From: an uncultured virus (IMG/VR IMGVR_UViG_3300025141_015636)
Taxonomy: Duplodnaviria; Heunggongvirae; Uroviricota; Caudoviricetes
Virus record (IMG/VR): IMGVR_UViG_3300025141_015636
DNA: 63,076 bases
Reading direction: 5' to 3' (one strand)
The position numbers were made by a program, and so were the translations under genes. Below the pieces are notes generated by a model. It was not told the origin of the DNA. It saw only the letters and a program-made list of their open reading frames with translations, and did no database searches. This document shows positions 10,693 through 20,082 of the stretch, piece after piece (position 1 is the first letter of the stretch; every line of letters begins with the position of its first letter).

Positions 10693-10835
10693 ACCTTTGA
10701 CAAGTTATGATATAATTTTATACCATAGATTAATAAAATTACATATTAAAAATGTGAATAAACAAAAGAATTTATAATACAGTTTATCTATCTTTGAATA
10801 TAATAAAGCTAATAATTCACATAAGGAATATTATT

Positions 10836-11099
10836 ATGAGTAAACAAGAAGAAACGATGCTTGGAGATGATGTAATATCTGAAATTGCAAAGGTTGTTCA
10901 GATAGCAATAATTACAGGCACTGATGTTGTAGACAATCTAAGACTTATTAGAATACAGAAAAATAGTGCTATGAATACAATGAATTTAACAAGTGAATAC
11001 AGAGAATCTTCAGAGGCAAATATTCAAAAGCTAATGGAAGAAATGGAGTCATCTTTAAATTCTCAAAAAACTGAAACTGTTGAGCTGTTTCAAGACTAG
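10836..11099 (+). CDS. Hypothetical protein
   Basis: ORF with AAGGA RBS before ATG 10836. Confidence 0.6.
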   Translation: MSKQEETMLGDDVISEIAKVVQIAIITGTDVVDNLRLIRIQKNSAMNTMNLTSEYRESSEANIQKLMEEMESSLNSQKTETVELFQD

Positions 11100-11107
11100 G
11101 GGGAAAT

Positions 11108-11482
11108 ATGGAAGACAGGCTTTTTGAAATTTTCAATAGAAGAGAGGTGTTTATGAGAAGACTAAGAGAGTCTACGCCTGAGGGAAATCCAGAATGGCCG
11201 CTCGACCTATCAGAAAAATCTAGTCAACAGTATATAAGAGATATTGCGCTTAGGGGTGTCGAAGAGATGTTTGAAGCATTACAGCATCTTAAAAACTGGA
11301 AACCACACAGGAAGACAGAGATTAAAGATTTCAATAGGGAAGAATTCCTAGAAGAAATAGTTGATGCATTTAATTATTTTTTATCAATATTAATTCTCAC
11401 TGGGTTCGATGATTCAGATTTGATAAATGCATATAGAAGAAAAGATTTAATTATCAATAAAAGGTTGGATTCTGGATACTGA
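11108..11482 (+). CDS. All-alpha NTP pyrophosphohydrolase (dimeric dUTPase / dCTPase / MazG-like)
   Basis: EEMFE...WKPH...EEIVDAFNYF...Y..K pattern. Confidence 0.75.
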   Translation: MEDRLFEIFNRREVFMRRLRESTPEGNPEWPLDLSEKSSQQYIRDIALRGVEEMFEALQHLKNWKPHRKTEIKDFNREEFLEEIVDAFNYFLSILILTGFDDSDLINAYRRKDLIINKRLDSGY

Positions 11483-11484
11483 AA

Positions 11485-11715
11485 ATGGTCATTTTTGTGA
11501 TCAGAATTTTAGGATTTGATGATGCAACATTTTCATCGTCTGAAAAGAAGAAGATAAAGAAATTTTTTAAAAGTATAAATGTAGAAAAAATAACAGGCCA
11601 CATTCAAATATCTTCTAGAAATAATAATATTGGAACATCAAGCTTCGTGTTTCATGATGTAAACAAAAAAGAAGTTTTCTCATCTATAAAAGAGGTAATA
11701 AAAAATGAGACTTAA
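11485..11715 (+). CDS. Hypothetical protein
   Basis: Short ORF filling the gap between tightly coupled genes. Confidence 0.4.
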   Translation: MVIFVIRILGFDDATFSSSEKKKIKKFFKSINVEKITGHIQISSRNNNIGTSSFVFHDVNKKEVFSSIKEVIKNET

Positions 11716-12619
11716 AAACCTTTTCAACTCTCAGACAAAGTTTTCAGAAATGATTGGGAGAGATGAAGAAAAATTAAATCCAGAAGAGATGACAAAGATT
11801 CTTTCTCTTGCGCTTCACGCAGAGGTTAGTGATTTAATATCCACTACGAACTACAAGTCCCATAAAACAAAAGTTGATAATGTTGATATTGATAAAATTT
11901 TGTTTGAGTCAGTAGATATTGTAAGATATACAATTGCAATAATGAATGAGTGGAAAATTTCTCCAGACCAATTTTTTTCAGCGTGGCAATTAAAAGATAA
12001 ATATCTAAACATGTCTTATGAATGTGAAAATAATAGATGGAATGGAAGTGATAAGGTTGCAATAGTTGATATAGATGATGTTCTAGGAGAGTTTAGACTT
12101 GCTTTTTCAAAATGGCTATTAACCTCAAAATCTATATCTGCTGATGTAGAATCTAGTGAGTATTACTTTATAGATGCGCTTGAAAAAAGTGGTGAAAACC
12201 CAGAGAAGGTTTTTGAAGACTTTATAAAAGACGATGGATTTTTACTTTTAGATATTGAAAAAGGCGCAAATGAGTTCCTCCAGTCTCTAAAGGATAGGGG
12301 ATACTATATTCACCTCCTGACAGCAAGACCAAGCGACAATCTTAGGTGTTTCTATAATACTTTTACGTGGCTAGACAAGTTTGATGTAACATTTGACAGG
12401 CTTAGCTTCTCATCAGAAAAGCTTAGGTGGTGTATGAAATCTGAGTATTGGGAGTCAGGATCTATTGAATTCGCAATTGATGACTCTCCAAAGCATGTGG
12501 CAGAATATGCTAAACATGGAATAAATGTTCTAGTTCCAAAGAAGCCCTATAATACAGAAGTTCATGACATGGATAATGTCACACTTTATGAAAAATTTGA
12601 AGAAATAAAAATAAACTAG
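11705..12619 (+). CDS. MazG-like domain fused to HAD 5'(3')-deoxyribonucleotidase
   Basis: N-terminal HAEVSDL...ESVDIVRY; C-terminal VDIDDVL, LTAR, IDDSP, PYN motifs. Confidence 0.75.
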   Translation: MRLKNLFNSQTKFSEMIGRDEEKLNPEEMTKILSLALHAEVSDLISTTNYKSHKTKVDNVDIDKILFESVDIVRYTIAIMNEWKISPDQFFSAWQLKDKYLNMSYECENNRWNGSDKVAIVDIDDVLGEFRLAFSKWLLTSKSISADVESSEYYFIDALEKSGENPEKVFEDFIKDDGFLLLDIEKGANEFLQSLKDRGYYIHLLTARPSDNLRCFYNTFTWLDKFDVTFDRLSFSSEKLRWCMKSEYWESGSIEFAIDDSPKHVAEYAKHGINVLVPKKPYNTEVHDMDNVTLYEKFEEIKIN

Positions 12620-12670
12620 GCTTGTACACAAATTTAAAATCCTGTATTGTTTATCTAAGGAGAGCAAAAA

Positions 12671-13657
12671 ATGCCAAAAAACACAGAGTTAGATCCAGTA
12701 ACATTTCCAATGACACTAAGGTTTGGAGAAAAGCCTGAGACAGAGTTTAAGAATGATCTTGAATCAATTAATGTTGTCTTGCTTGATCACCCAAATCCGC
12801 AACGTGCGAGAAGAATGGTTTATCAATTTATTAATGCAACATGGGAAGATGAACCGGGTCTCCATAATCCAGATGATGTTTCTGACTGGAAACTATTTCA
12901 AGCACTTGAAGCAGCATTGCAATTTAAGGCACTTCCAACTGTTCTTGAAACTTTAGACTTTACGTTTAGAATTGAAGGAATAGATGTTCAGACTGTGACA
13001 CACTTGATAAGGCATAGAACAGGATCTTTCTCTGCGCAGTGTACGGGAGACAGATGGCAAACAATGGCAAACGCTCTTGTTCCAGGTCCAATTGAAAACA
13101 GCCCAGAACTTTATGAAAGATGGAAGAAGCTTGTCAATGAATCAAAGCAACTTTATTGTGATATGATTGATACAAAGAAGATATCAATTATGGATGCTCG
13201 TACAATTTTGCCCAAGTGTCTTGAGACACATTATTATGCAAGATTTAATCTTAAAGACTTGTTAAATTTTATCAGACAGCGAATGGATAAGCAGATACAA
13301 CCTACAACAGATAATGTTATTGCATACCAAATGTACTTTGCTGTTGCAAGACTTTTTCCGGAAATCACGACAGTTGTCAATATGCATAGTCCTTCACGAC
13401 ACTATGTTGCAACTGCAAGAACTGGAAAGGCGACAAATCTCTACTGGCCCGATGAAGACTCAGATAAGTTTGAATGGCATCCAGAAGATTTCATCTATCA
13501 AGGGTATCGTGATGAGGTAAACGGAACTGATCCTGATTTAGGCAATAGAGAGAATTTTAAATTTTCACATATTGCAACTGAATATGATGAAAAGATAGCT
13601 GCAATTATTGAAAATTATTCTGCCTGGAAGGAAAAGGTTGGATTCGAATTACCGTAA
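12671..13657 (+). CDS. thyX: Flavin-dependent thymidylate synthase
   Basis: TVLETLDFTFRIEG, HLIRHRTGSFSAQ (RHR motif), DARTILP, LNFIRQR. Confidence 0.8.
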   Translation: MPKNTELDPVTFPMTLRFGEKPETEFKNDLESINVVLLDHPNPQRARRMVYQFINATWEDEPGLHNPDDVSDWKLFQALEAALQFKALPTVLETLDFTFRIEGIDVQTVTHLIRHRTGSFSAQCTGDRWQTMANALVPGPIENSPELYERWKKLVNESKQLYCDMIDTKKISIMDARTILPKCLETHYYARFNLKDLLNFIRQRMDKQIQPTTDNVIAYQMYFAVARLFPEITTVVNMHSPSRHYVATARTGKATNLYWPDEDSDKFEWHPEDFIYQGYRDEVNGTDPDLGNRENFKFSHIATEYDEKIAAIIENYSAWKEKVGFELP

Positions 13658-14081
13658 AAATAGTTGCAAACTTTCTAGAGATTTTGAAATAGTTGAATCT
13701 TGGGTTTTTGATAAGGGTTACAACGTTTCTCTGGAGACCGATGGTCAAGATGCTGTTTACTTTAGTTGTAATCAGATTGTAATTAACAGTAGAAATCATA
13801 TTGAAAAAAGACTATATATTCTTCTTCATGAGTGTGGTCACATTCTAATAAATAATAGCCCTTCTGATAGGGTATTATCTCTAAGCATGGAGACAGAAGC
13901 CATTATGGGCGGAAGAAGAGTATCAAGAAAGAGAAGGATCGCAAAAATAGCTGAGGAGCTCGAAGCCTGGAAGAGAGGCGAAAAACTAGCAAGACGGCTA
14001 GGTATTCAGATAAATGAAGATAGATTTGATAAGATTAGAGCTGATGCTATTATGAGCTATATTGAGTGGGCAAGAGATTAG
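13608..14081 (+). CDS. HExxH metallopeptidase-like protein (ImmA/IrrE-like); true start probably downstream of 13608
   Basis: LLHECGH and EELEAW motifs. Confidence 0.6.
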   Translation: MKIILPGRKRLDSNYRKNSCKLSRDFEIVESWVFDKGYNVSLETDGQDAVYFSCNQIVINSRNHIEKRLYILLHECGHILINNSPSDRVLSLSMETEAIMGGRRVSRKRRIAKIAEELEAWKRGEKLARRLGIQINEDRFDKIRADAIMSYIEWARD

Positions 14082-14893
14082 TATTCTTTCATATTTTCAA
14101 TATTGCTGTATACTACAGATAGAAACTTTTTAAATTCTTTGCTATCTCTTTTAAGGTGTTTTCTATATTCACCAACAATTCCTTCCAAGTCTGAGTCACC
14201 ACGTTTAAGAAGATCTAGTGCTTGTTCCGGACTGTACATGTCTAAAAGTTGTTCTGCAGCTTCGTGTGCAAATGCATCAATTTCATTATGAAGAGATATA
14301 TAGTCGCCGTAGTTGGAAGATTTTGTCAATTGCTTGGGATCTTCCATAAGCTCTTCCCATGCTTCTTCTTCGCTAATATTTTTGCTAACTGCTTGTTTTT
14401 TTAATTGATTATAGTGAACTAGTTCATGATTTATAGTTCTTGAGATTATCCTTACAAGCTCTTTTGCATTCAATGCAGACATATCATAGTCGTCTGCGAC
14501 AGGTCTAAACTCTAGCCAGATAATATGTTTTCCTTTTTCTGGACCTCTATACTGACCTCGCATCATCCAGTTGTTAGGATATCCTCCAAATTCATCATCC
14601 TCTGATAGAGTATAAAGTTCATTATCTGTAACACTAAGAATGAAATACAGATCAGTTCCAAGATCTATAGCAGTATTATTTAATGCATCCATTAGTGTTT
14701 CAATTGCAGGAGTTGACCATGTTGCCTTATCTACAAGATCAACATTATCTTCTCTGTGAGGCATTTCCCAAAATAGAGAGTCAGCAATTGACTGATGTAT
14801 TGTACTAGAAATATCTCTGTCAATCATTGTTGCTTCGTATAGTAAAAGCTCTTGATTAACAAGCATTCTAAGCTGTCTATGAGTAATTTTCAT
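14078..14893 (-). CDS. HExxH protein with MKITHRQLRMLVNQE leader
   Basis: INHELVHYNQ and NEIDAFA motifs; N-terminal leader. Confidence 0.6.
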   Translation of the reverse strand: MKITHRQLRMLVNQELLLYEATMIDRDISSTIHQSIADSLFWEMPHREDNVDLVDKATWSTPAIETLMDALNNTAIDLGTDLYFILSVTDNELYTLSEDDEFGGYPNNWMMRGQYRGPEKGKHIIWLEFRPVADDYDMSALNAKELVRIISRTINHELVHYNQLKKQAVSKNISEEEAWEELMEDPKQLTKSSNYGDYISLHNEIDAFAHEAAEQLLDMYSPEQALDLLKRGDSDLEGIVGEYRKHLKRDSKEFKKFLSVVYSNIENMKEY

Positions 14894-14999
14894 TATAGAT
14901 TCCTGATATGTAATAATTATTTGTTTTTTTCTAATTTATTTTAAAAACTAGCTATTGTAAAGTTATAATCATTCATACTATAAACAAGGAGAAATAGTA

Positions 15000-15440
15000 G
15001 TGAAAGCGTATTTAGCTAGTTCCTGGTTTAATCCAGTCGCAAATCAAGAGGTTGATGATATTATTAGCACACTTGAAACAAATAATTTTGAAGTATTTTC
15101 GCCAAGGGACTTTTTTGTATGTCCGCCAACAGCAGACTTGGCAACTCAAAAATCTACATATGAGGGAAATCTTGAACATCTTCACAAGTGTGACTTTATG
15201 ATCTGTAATACACACGGTAAAGATATGGGGTCTATCTTTGAGGCGGGATATTTTAAAGCACTTGAGAAGCCGATTGTCTATTTTTGTGCAGGTCTTCCGG
15301 AGGGTGCAGCTTTCAATCTTATGCTTGCACAGAGTGGTGTAAAAGTCTGTACTTCAGCAGAAGAGCTTAGTGACTATCTAGGCAGGTGTGAATCAGAAGG
15401 AAAGCTTCTCTTTGAGCCGTATTACGGAAATATTGAGTAG
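15000..15440 (+). CDS. Nucleoside 2-deoxyribosyltransferase / nucleotide N-glycosidase family
   Basis: YLASSWF, VFSP, DMGSIFEAGY, KPIV, NLML motifs. Confidence 0.85.
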   Translation: MKAYLASSWFNPVANQEVDDIISTLETNNFEVFSPRDFFVCPPTADLATQKSTYEGNLEHLHKCDFMICNTHGKDMGSIFEAGYFKALEKPIVYFCAGLPEGAAFNLMLAQSGVKVCTSAEELSDYLGRCESEGKLLFEPYYGNIE

Positions 15441-15459
15441 CTAAAAATCATATAGTTGC

Positions 15460-15488
15460 GTGTAAATTAGTGCGGTTTATTTTATAAT
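15460..15488 (+). promoter_or_regulatory. Sigma-70-like promoter for dnaE
   Basis: GTGTAA-17 bp-TATAAT. Confidence 0.7.
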
Positions 15489-15504
15489 AAATTGAGGAAT
15501 ATAA

Positions 15505-18500
15505 ATGTCATCTATTATTAAACCCAGGAAGTTTGTCGGTCTACATGCACATTGCGGAACAGGCAGTCCGTATGACGGTCTTGGATATCCAAACCAACAT
15601 ATTGACTTTGTCTTGTCAAATGAAATGAATGCATGGGCATTGACCGATCACGGAAATGGTAACGGTCTTGCCCATGCACACACTTATGCAAAGAAGCTTA
15701 AGAAGAAGGGTCAAGAGTACCGACAGGTTTATGGTGTTGAGTTTTACTTTGTTCCATCACTCTTAGAGTGGCGTGCTTCTTACGAGGCGCATAGAGAAGA
15801 GGTGCGTGCAGCAAGATCTGAGAAGAAGGCAAAGGAGTCTACAGATATAAACTCTGAAGATGAAGTATCTGGCGGCCTAGTAATTGAAAATGAAGATGAA
15901 ACAAAGTCAGACTACAATCACGAAAGCAATAACTGGAAGCGAAGGTACCATCTAGTCGTCCTTGCAAAGACGCAGAAAGGACTTGAAAATCTTTTTACTC
16001 TAGTTAAAAAATCTTATACAGATGGATTCTATAGATTTCCTCGAATCGATTACAATATGCTTAAGCTTCATGGCGAAGGGCTTGTTGTTAGTACGGCATG
16101 TATTGGCGGGTATCCCGCATCTTTAATTGCTAAGGGGGAAGCGACTGGAAAGTCTGATAGCGATATTCTTCTTGATCTTGAAAATATGTCTGATCGGTTT
16201 ATTGATGCTGTAGGTAGAGAAAACTTTAATCTTGAGATTCAATTTAATGCTCTTTCAATGCAGCATAAAACAAATAAGCACCTTATTGCACTTCATGAAA
16301 AGACAAACATTCCACTAATTGCAACTGCTGATAGTCATTACTACAGCCGAAATATGTGGGAGGCTAGAGAATTATACCGCAAGCTTGGTCGAATGGGTGC
16401 AAGAGGTGATGCAATGCCCAAGCTTCCTGCTTTTGAAGACTTGAAATGCGAACTTTACCCTAAGAATGCCGAGCAAATGTGGGAGGAGTATAAGCTTCAT
16501 GTTCCTGAATATGATTTCTACAAAGGAAAAGATCGGCTAGTCGCTGATGCAATTGAAAGGTCTTATGATATTGCATGGGATCAGTGCGAAGAAGTTTGGT
16601 TTGATGATGAGGCAAAGCTTCCGAGATTTGGCACACCTACAGACTCAGCATTTAATCAGCTAGCACGTCGTGTCAAGAAAGCTCTTACTAATGAAAATCT
16701 TCATACAGACCCAGTGTATGTTGAGCGTGCTAAGATGGAGCTAGATGATATCAAGTACTTGGGCTTTGAAAACTACTTTTTGACTATGACTAAGGTCTTC
16801 GATCTAGCTTGCAAAAGTACCATTATCGGTCCAGGTCGAGGCTCAGGTGCAGGCTCTCTTGTTAATTACCTACTAGGTATTACAACTACAGATCCGATTA
16901 AGTACGGACTTCTATGGGAAAGGTTTTTACATAGGACAAAAGCAGGATGGCCTGATATTGATACAGATGCAGGTGACAGAGATGTTCTTATCAATGCTTC
17001 TCGCGAGCTATTTGGTGAAGAGTCTGTTGTACCAGTTTCAAACTTTAACACACTTAAGCTTAAATCCCTTGTCAAGGACGTTTCTAAGTTTTATGGCATT
17101 GATTTCGGTGAGGTCAATGCAATGACTAACACTCTTGAAAAGGATGTTATGCATAAGGCAATGGGTGATCATGAGGAAAGATCAACCTATGTTCTTACAC
17201 ATGAAGATTGCATGAAGTACTCACAGAAGTATGCTGATTTTATGGAAGAGTATCCAAAGGTAAGTGAGCACGTTCAGAACTTATTCATGGAGTCTAGATC
17301 GATTGGTCGACATGCAGGCGGTGTTCTAATCTGTCCGGATCTTGAAAAATATATGCCTGTCATTAAGGTTCGAGGCGAGCTACAAACACCCTGGTCTGAA
17401 GGGATGAACTTTAGGCATCTCGAGACTCATGGCTTTCTTAAGTTTGACTTTCTCGGGCTGACAACACTCAAGATGGTTGAGGACTGTACCAGGCTTATTC
17501 TTAGAAAGCAGGGTAACGAGTCACCTACATTTGCTGATATTCAAAAATTCTTTGATGAAACAATGAATTGTCGCTATAACACACTCGATGACCAGAAGGT
17601 ATGGGAGCATGTCTATCACAAGGGTCGATTTGTTCAGGTTTTCCAGTTTACACAGCAGGGTGCAAGAAACTTCTGCATGTCTGCGAAGCCTAGAACTATC
17701 GAAGAGTTGGCAACCATCACGGCAATTTATCGCCCTGGACCGCTTTCTGCGGGTGTCCATCGGAAGTATGTGAAAGCCAAGAAGTCCGTTGAAGACGGTA
17801 ATCCTATCGAATATGATCACCCTGTTATCGAAGAGATTCTAAGCGAAACTTACGGCTTTATCTCGTTCCAAGAGCAGTTCATGCTCTTAGCACAGAAGCT
17901 AGCTAATTTTGACAAGGGTGCATCAGATAAGATGCGCAAGACATTAGTTAAGAAATCACTCGATTCAAATGCTGCAAAGGTTCAAGAAAGAATTGACCTT
18001 CGTAAGAAGTTTGTCAACGGTGCAGTTGAGATATCTGGGATGGATAGGGACAAGGCTGAGAAGCTCTATGAGACAATTGAATTCTTCTCTGGGTATGGTT
18101 TCAACAAGTCGCACGCAGTGTCTTACGCTATTGATTCCTACTACTCTGCATGGCTTCACACATACTATGAGAAGGAGTGGCTTGCAACATGCTTGCAAAC
18201 ACAAAATGGCTCTAGTAAGTTTGGAAAGGTCATCTCTGAGATTAAATCACTAGGATATACAATTTTACCGCCTGACATCAATGCCTCTTCTGATGTCTGG
18301 GTTTACAGCGATGAGCGGGGAGGTTTTGTCCCACCTCTAACGGCAATCAAAGGTGTTGGCGACGCTGCTGTTGCAGAGATTATGGAAAGGAGACCATTCT
18401 CCAGTCTTGATGAGATGATGTTTACTGAGGATGGCAAGTGGCGCCCATCAAAGATGAACAAGACATGCTTTAGCTCACTTTCTCTGGTAGAGGCATTTGG

Positions 18501-19068
18501 AAGCCTAGATGAGTTCAAAACTGGAAAGGTTTTAAATCACAGGCAGCTACACACTGTTATTATTGATAACTATGATCTTCTCAAGAAGGGTAGACATGGA
18601 ATGACAAAGACAGCTGTTAAGAAACTCTTAAAGGAGCAGGACTATATTCCCAACTTTATCGATGTAAAGCTTAATGAAGTTGATGGAATGCCTGATTGGA
18701 ACAGGGCTGAGAAGATTGGAAATAGTGTTGAACTCATGGCAAGCGCAGACGAGACACTAGTGTTCCCTCCGAGAATCATGGCAAAGATCGATAAAGCAAA
18801 TGTCAGACCTGTTACTGCTCTCTCAGGAAAAGAAAAAGATATTGTTTGGTTCTGTATTCAAACAATGGAAGAGCGCACAACAAAGAACAACAAGAAGTTC
18901 TATCGCATGAAGGTCATGGATAATAACTCTGAGAGCTGCTGGCTCCGTGTCTGGGGTAGGTTTGATGATCCCCCTGACCTATATACCATGTGGCTTGCTG
19001 AAGTAGCTTCTACAGAGTCCTGGGGTTGTTCTACATCATCATATAAGATGAAGAAGCTAGAGGTTTAG
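15505..19068 (+). CDS. dnaE: DNA polymerase III alpha subunit (family C)
   Basis: PHP domain (LHAH, LTDHG, TADSHY), GRGSGAGSLV, PDIDTD, GRHAGG, KFDFLGL, GYGFNKSHA. Confidence 0.95.
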   Translation: MSSIIKPRKFVGLHAHCGTGSPYDGLGYPNQHIDFVLSNEMNAWALTDHGNGNGLAHAHTYAKKLKKKGQEYRQVYGVEFYFVPSLLEWRASYEAHREEVRAARSEKKAKESTDINSEDEVSGGLVIENEDETKSDYNHESNNWKRRYHLVVLAKTQKGLENLFTLVKKSYTDGFYRFPRIDYNMLKLHGEGLVVSTACIGGYPASLIAKGEATGKSDSDILLDLENMSDRFIDAVGRENFNLEIQFNALSMQHKTNKHLIALHEKTNIPLIATADSHYYSRNMWEARELYRKLGRMGARGDAMPKLPAFEDLKCELYPKNAEQMWEEYKLHVPEYDFYKGKDRLVADAIERSYDIAWDQCEEVWFDDEAKLPRFGTPTDSAFNQLARRVKKALTNENLHTDPVYVERAKMELDDIKYLGFENYFLTMTKVFDLACKSTIIGPGRGSGAGSLVNYLLGITTTDPIKYGLLWERFLHRTKAGWPDIDTDAGDRDVLINASRELFGEESVVPVSNFNTLKLKSLVKDVSKFYGIDFGEVNAMTNTLEKDVMHKAMGDHEERSTYVLTHEDCMKYSQKYADFMEEYPKVSEHVQNLFMESRSIGRHAGGVLICPDLEKYMPVIKVRGELQTPWSEGMNFRHLETHGFLKFDFLGLTTLKMVEDCTRLILRKQGNESPTFADIQKFFDETMNCRYNTLDDQKVWEHVYHKGRFVQVFQFTQQGARNFCMSAKPRTIEELATITAIYRPGPLSAGVHRKYVKAKKSVEDGNPIEYDHPVIEEILSETYGFISFQEQFMLLAQKLANFDKGASDKMRKTLVKKSLDSNAAKVQERIDLRKKFVNGAVEISGMDRDKAEKLYETIEFFSGYGFNKSHAVSYAIDSYYSAWLHTYYEKEWLATCLQTQNGSSKFGKVISEIKSLGYTILPPDINASSDVWVYSDERGGFVPPLTAIKGVGDAAVAEIMERRPFSSLDEMMFTEDGKWRPSKMNKTCFSSLSLVEAFGSLDEFKTGKVLNHRQLHTVIIDNYDLLKKGRHGMTKTAVKKLLKEQDYIPNFIDVKLNEVDGMPDWNRAEKIGNSVELMASADETLVFPPRIMAKIDKANVRPVTALSGKEKDIVWFCIQTMEERTTKNNKKFYRMKVMDNNSESCWLRVWGRFDDPPDLYTMWLAEVASTESWGCSTSSYKMKKLEV

Positions 19069-19099
19069 CGAAATATATATTATCGGAGTGTGCTCAAAC

Positions 19100-19126
19100 A
19101 TGAAGATAACAAGAAAACAAACCTAA
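19100..19126 (+). pseudogene. Leader-only gene stub MKITRKQT*
   Basis: GGAG RBS at 19085-19088, ATG at 19100, eight codons matching the recurrent N-terminal leader, then TAA. Confidence 0.55.
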
Positions 19127-19166
19127 TAGTAGTTTTAAAAACTTAATTCTTTCGTGTTATAATAAC

Positions 19167-20069
19167 ATGATGTTAAGCTTTCCTACAAGTAATTTATTTA
19201 TTGAAGGTCCCGATTGCTCTGGTAAGACAACAATGGTGTATGAGATACACAAGATATCAGGGTACAGGTGGCATATTCACGACAGATCACAGGTTTCAAG
19301 AAAAATATTTTGTGAAATGTATGGTAGAAATTTGCCAACAGTAAGAGATGATTTTCACATGGAAATATCAAATCTTAATAACAGGTTTATATTTTTACTT
19401 CCTGAATTTGAAGTAATTGAGAAAAGATTTAGATCAAGGGGTGACGAGATACATAAAAGTGTCGAAGCTATTAGGGACGTCTACAGTGCTTTTACAAATC
19501 AACTAGACGAAATTAGATTTTATCCAAATGTAATTCCATGCTTTTCTGAGGACATATCATATAGCGATTTTGCTGTATACCTTGACGTGGTTGAAAGATG
19601 CATGATAAAAGAAGTTTCAGACCAGGTTTTAAGATTTGTTAATTTAAACGGAGGTGAATCTTATCCTTTGCAGTTTACTCTCTACGATGACGGTAAATTT
19701 GAAGAGGCTACACAAGATTCAATGAACTATGAGCCAGAATCAGAGTATTATGAAAAAATATATAAGAGATTTCACAAAAAGATTAATGATGAGCTTGAAG
19801 GTAAGAATGAGTATGGTCGCAGAGAAGGTCCAGAGTCTAGGAGATTTGTGTATGCAGACGATAGTTGTATATCATTTATTCAACTTGCTATTAGAGACAG
19901 GGTGATGGATTTTCATGTTGTAATAAGGTCTTCAAACACAGAAAATACATTTGAACATGATCTTAAATTTTTGTATTATTTATCATCTACGTGCTTTGAA
20001 ATGTTTAAAGAGCACTGCGATAAAGCCAGATTAAGATTCAACTTAAATTCTGCACACATAATTAGATGA
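19167..20069 (+). CDS. dNMP kinase fused to a truncated thymidylate-synthase-fold domain
   Basis: IEGPDCSGKTT and HDRS (dTMP-kinase-like); SRRFV...CISFIQ...IRSSN...HD...NSAHI (ThyA / dCMP hydroxymethylase pattern). Confidence 0.7.
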   Translation: MMLSFPTSNLFIEGPDCSGKTTMVYEIHKISGYRWHIHDRSQVSRKIFCEMYGRNLPTVRDDFHMEISNLNNRFIFLLPEFEVIEKRFRSRGDEIHKSVEAIRDVYSAFTNQLDEIRFYPNVIPCFSEDISYSDFAVYLDVVERCMIKEVSDQVLRFVNLNGGESYPLQFTLYDDGKFEEATQDSMNYEPESEYYEKIYKRFHKKINDELEGKNEYGRREGPESRRFVYADDSCISFIQLAIRDRVMDFHVVIRSSNTENTFEHDLKFLYYLSSTCFEMFKEHCDKARLRFNLNSAHIIR

Positions 20070-20082
20070 ACGGAGATAAAAA

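Noticed and set aside
1904..19068. Inteins or introns in nrdJ and dnaE
   Set aside because: Lengths are normal, motifs are contiguous, and no C...HN-C/S/T splice pattern or homing endonuclease motif was seen.
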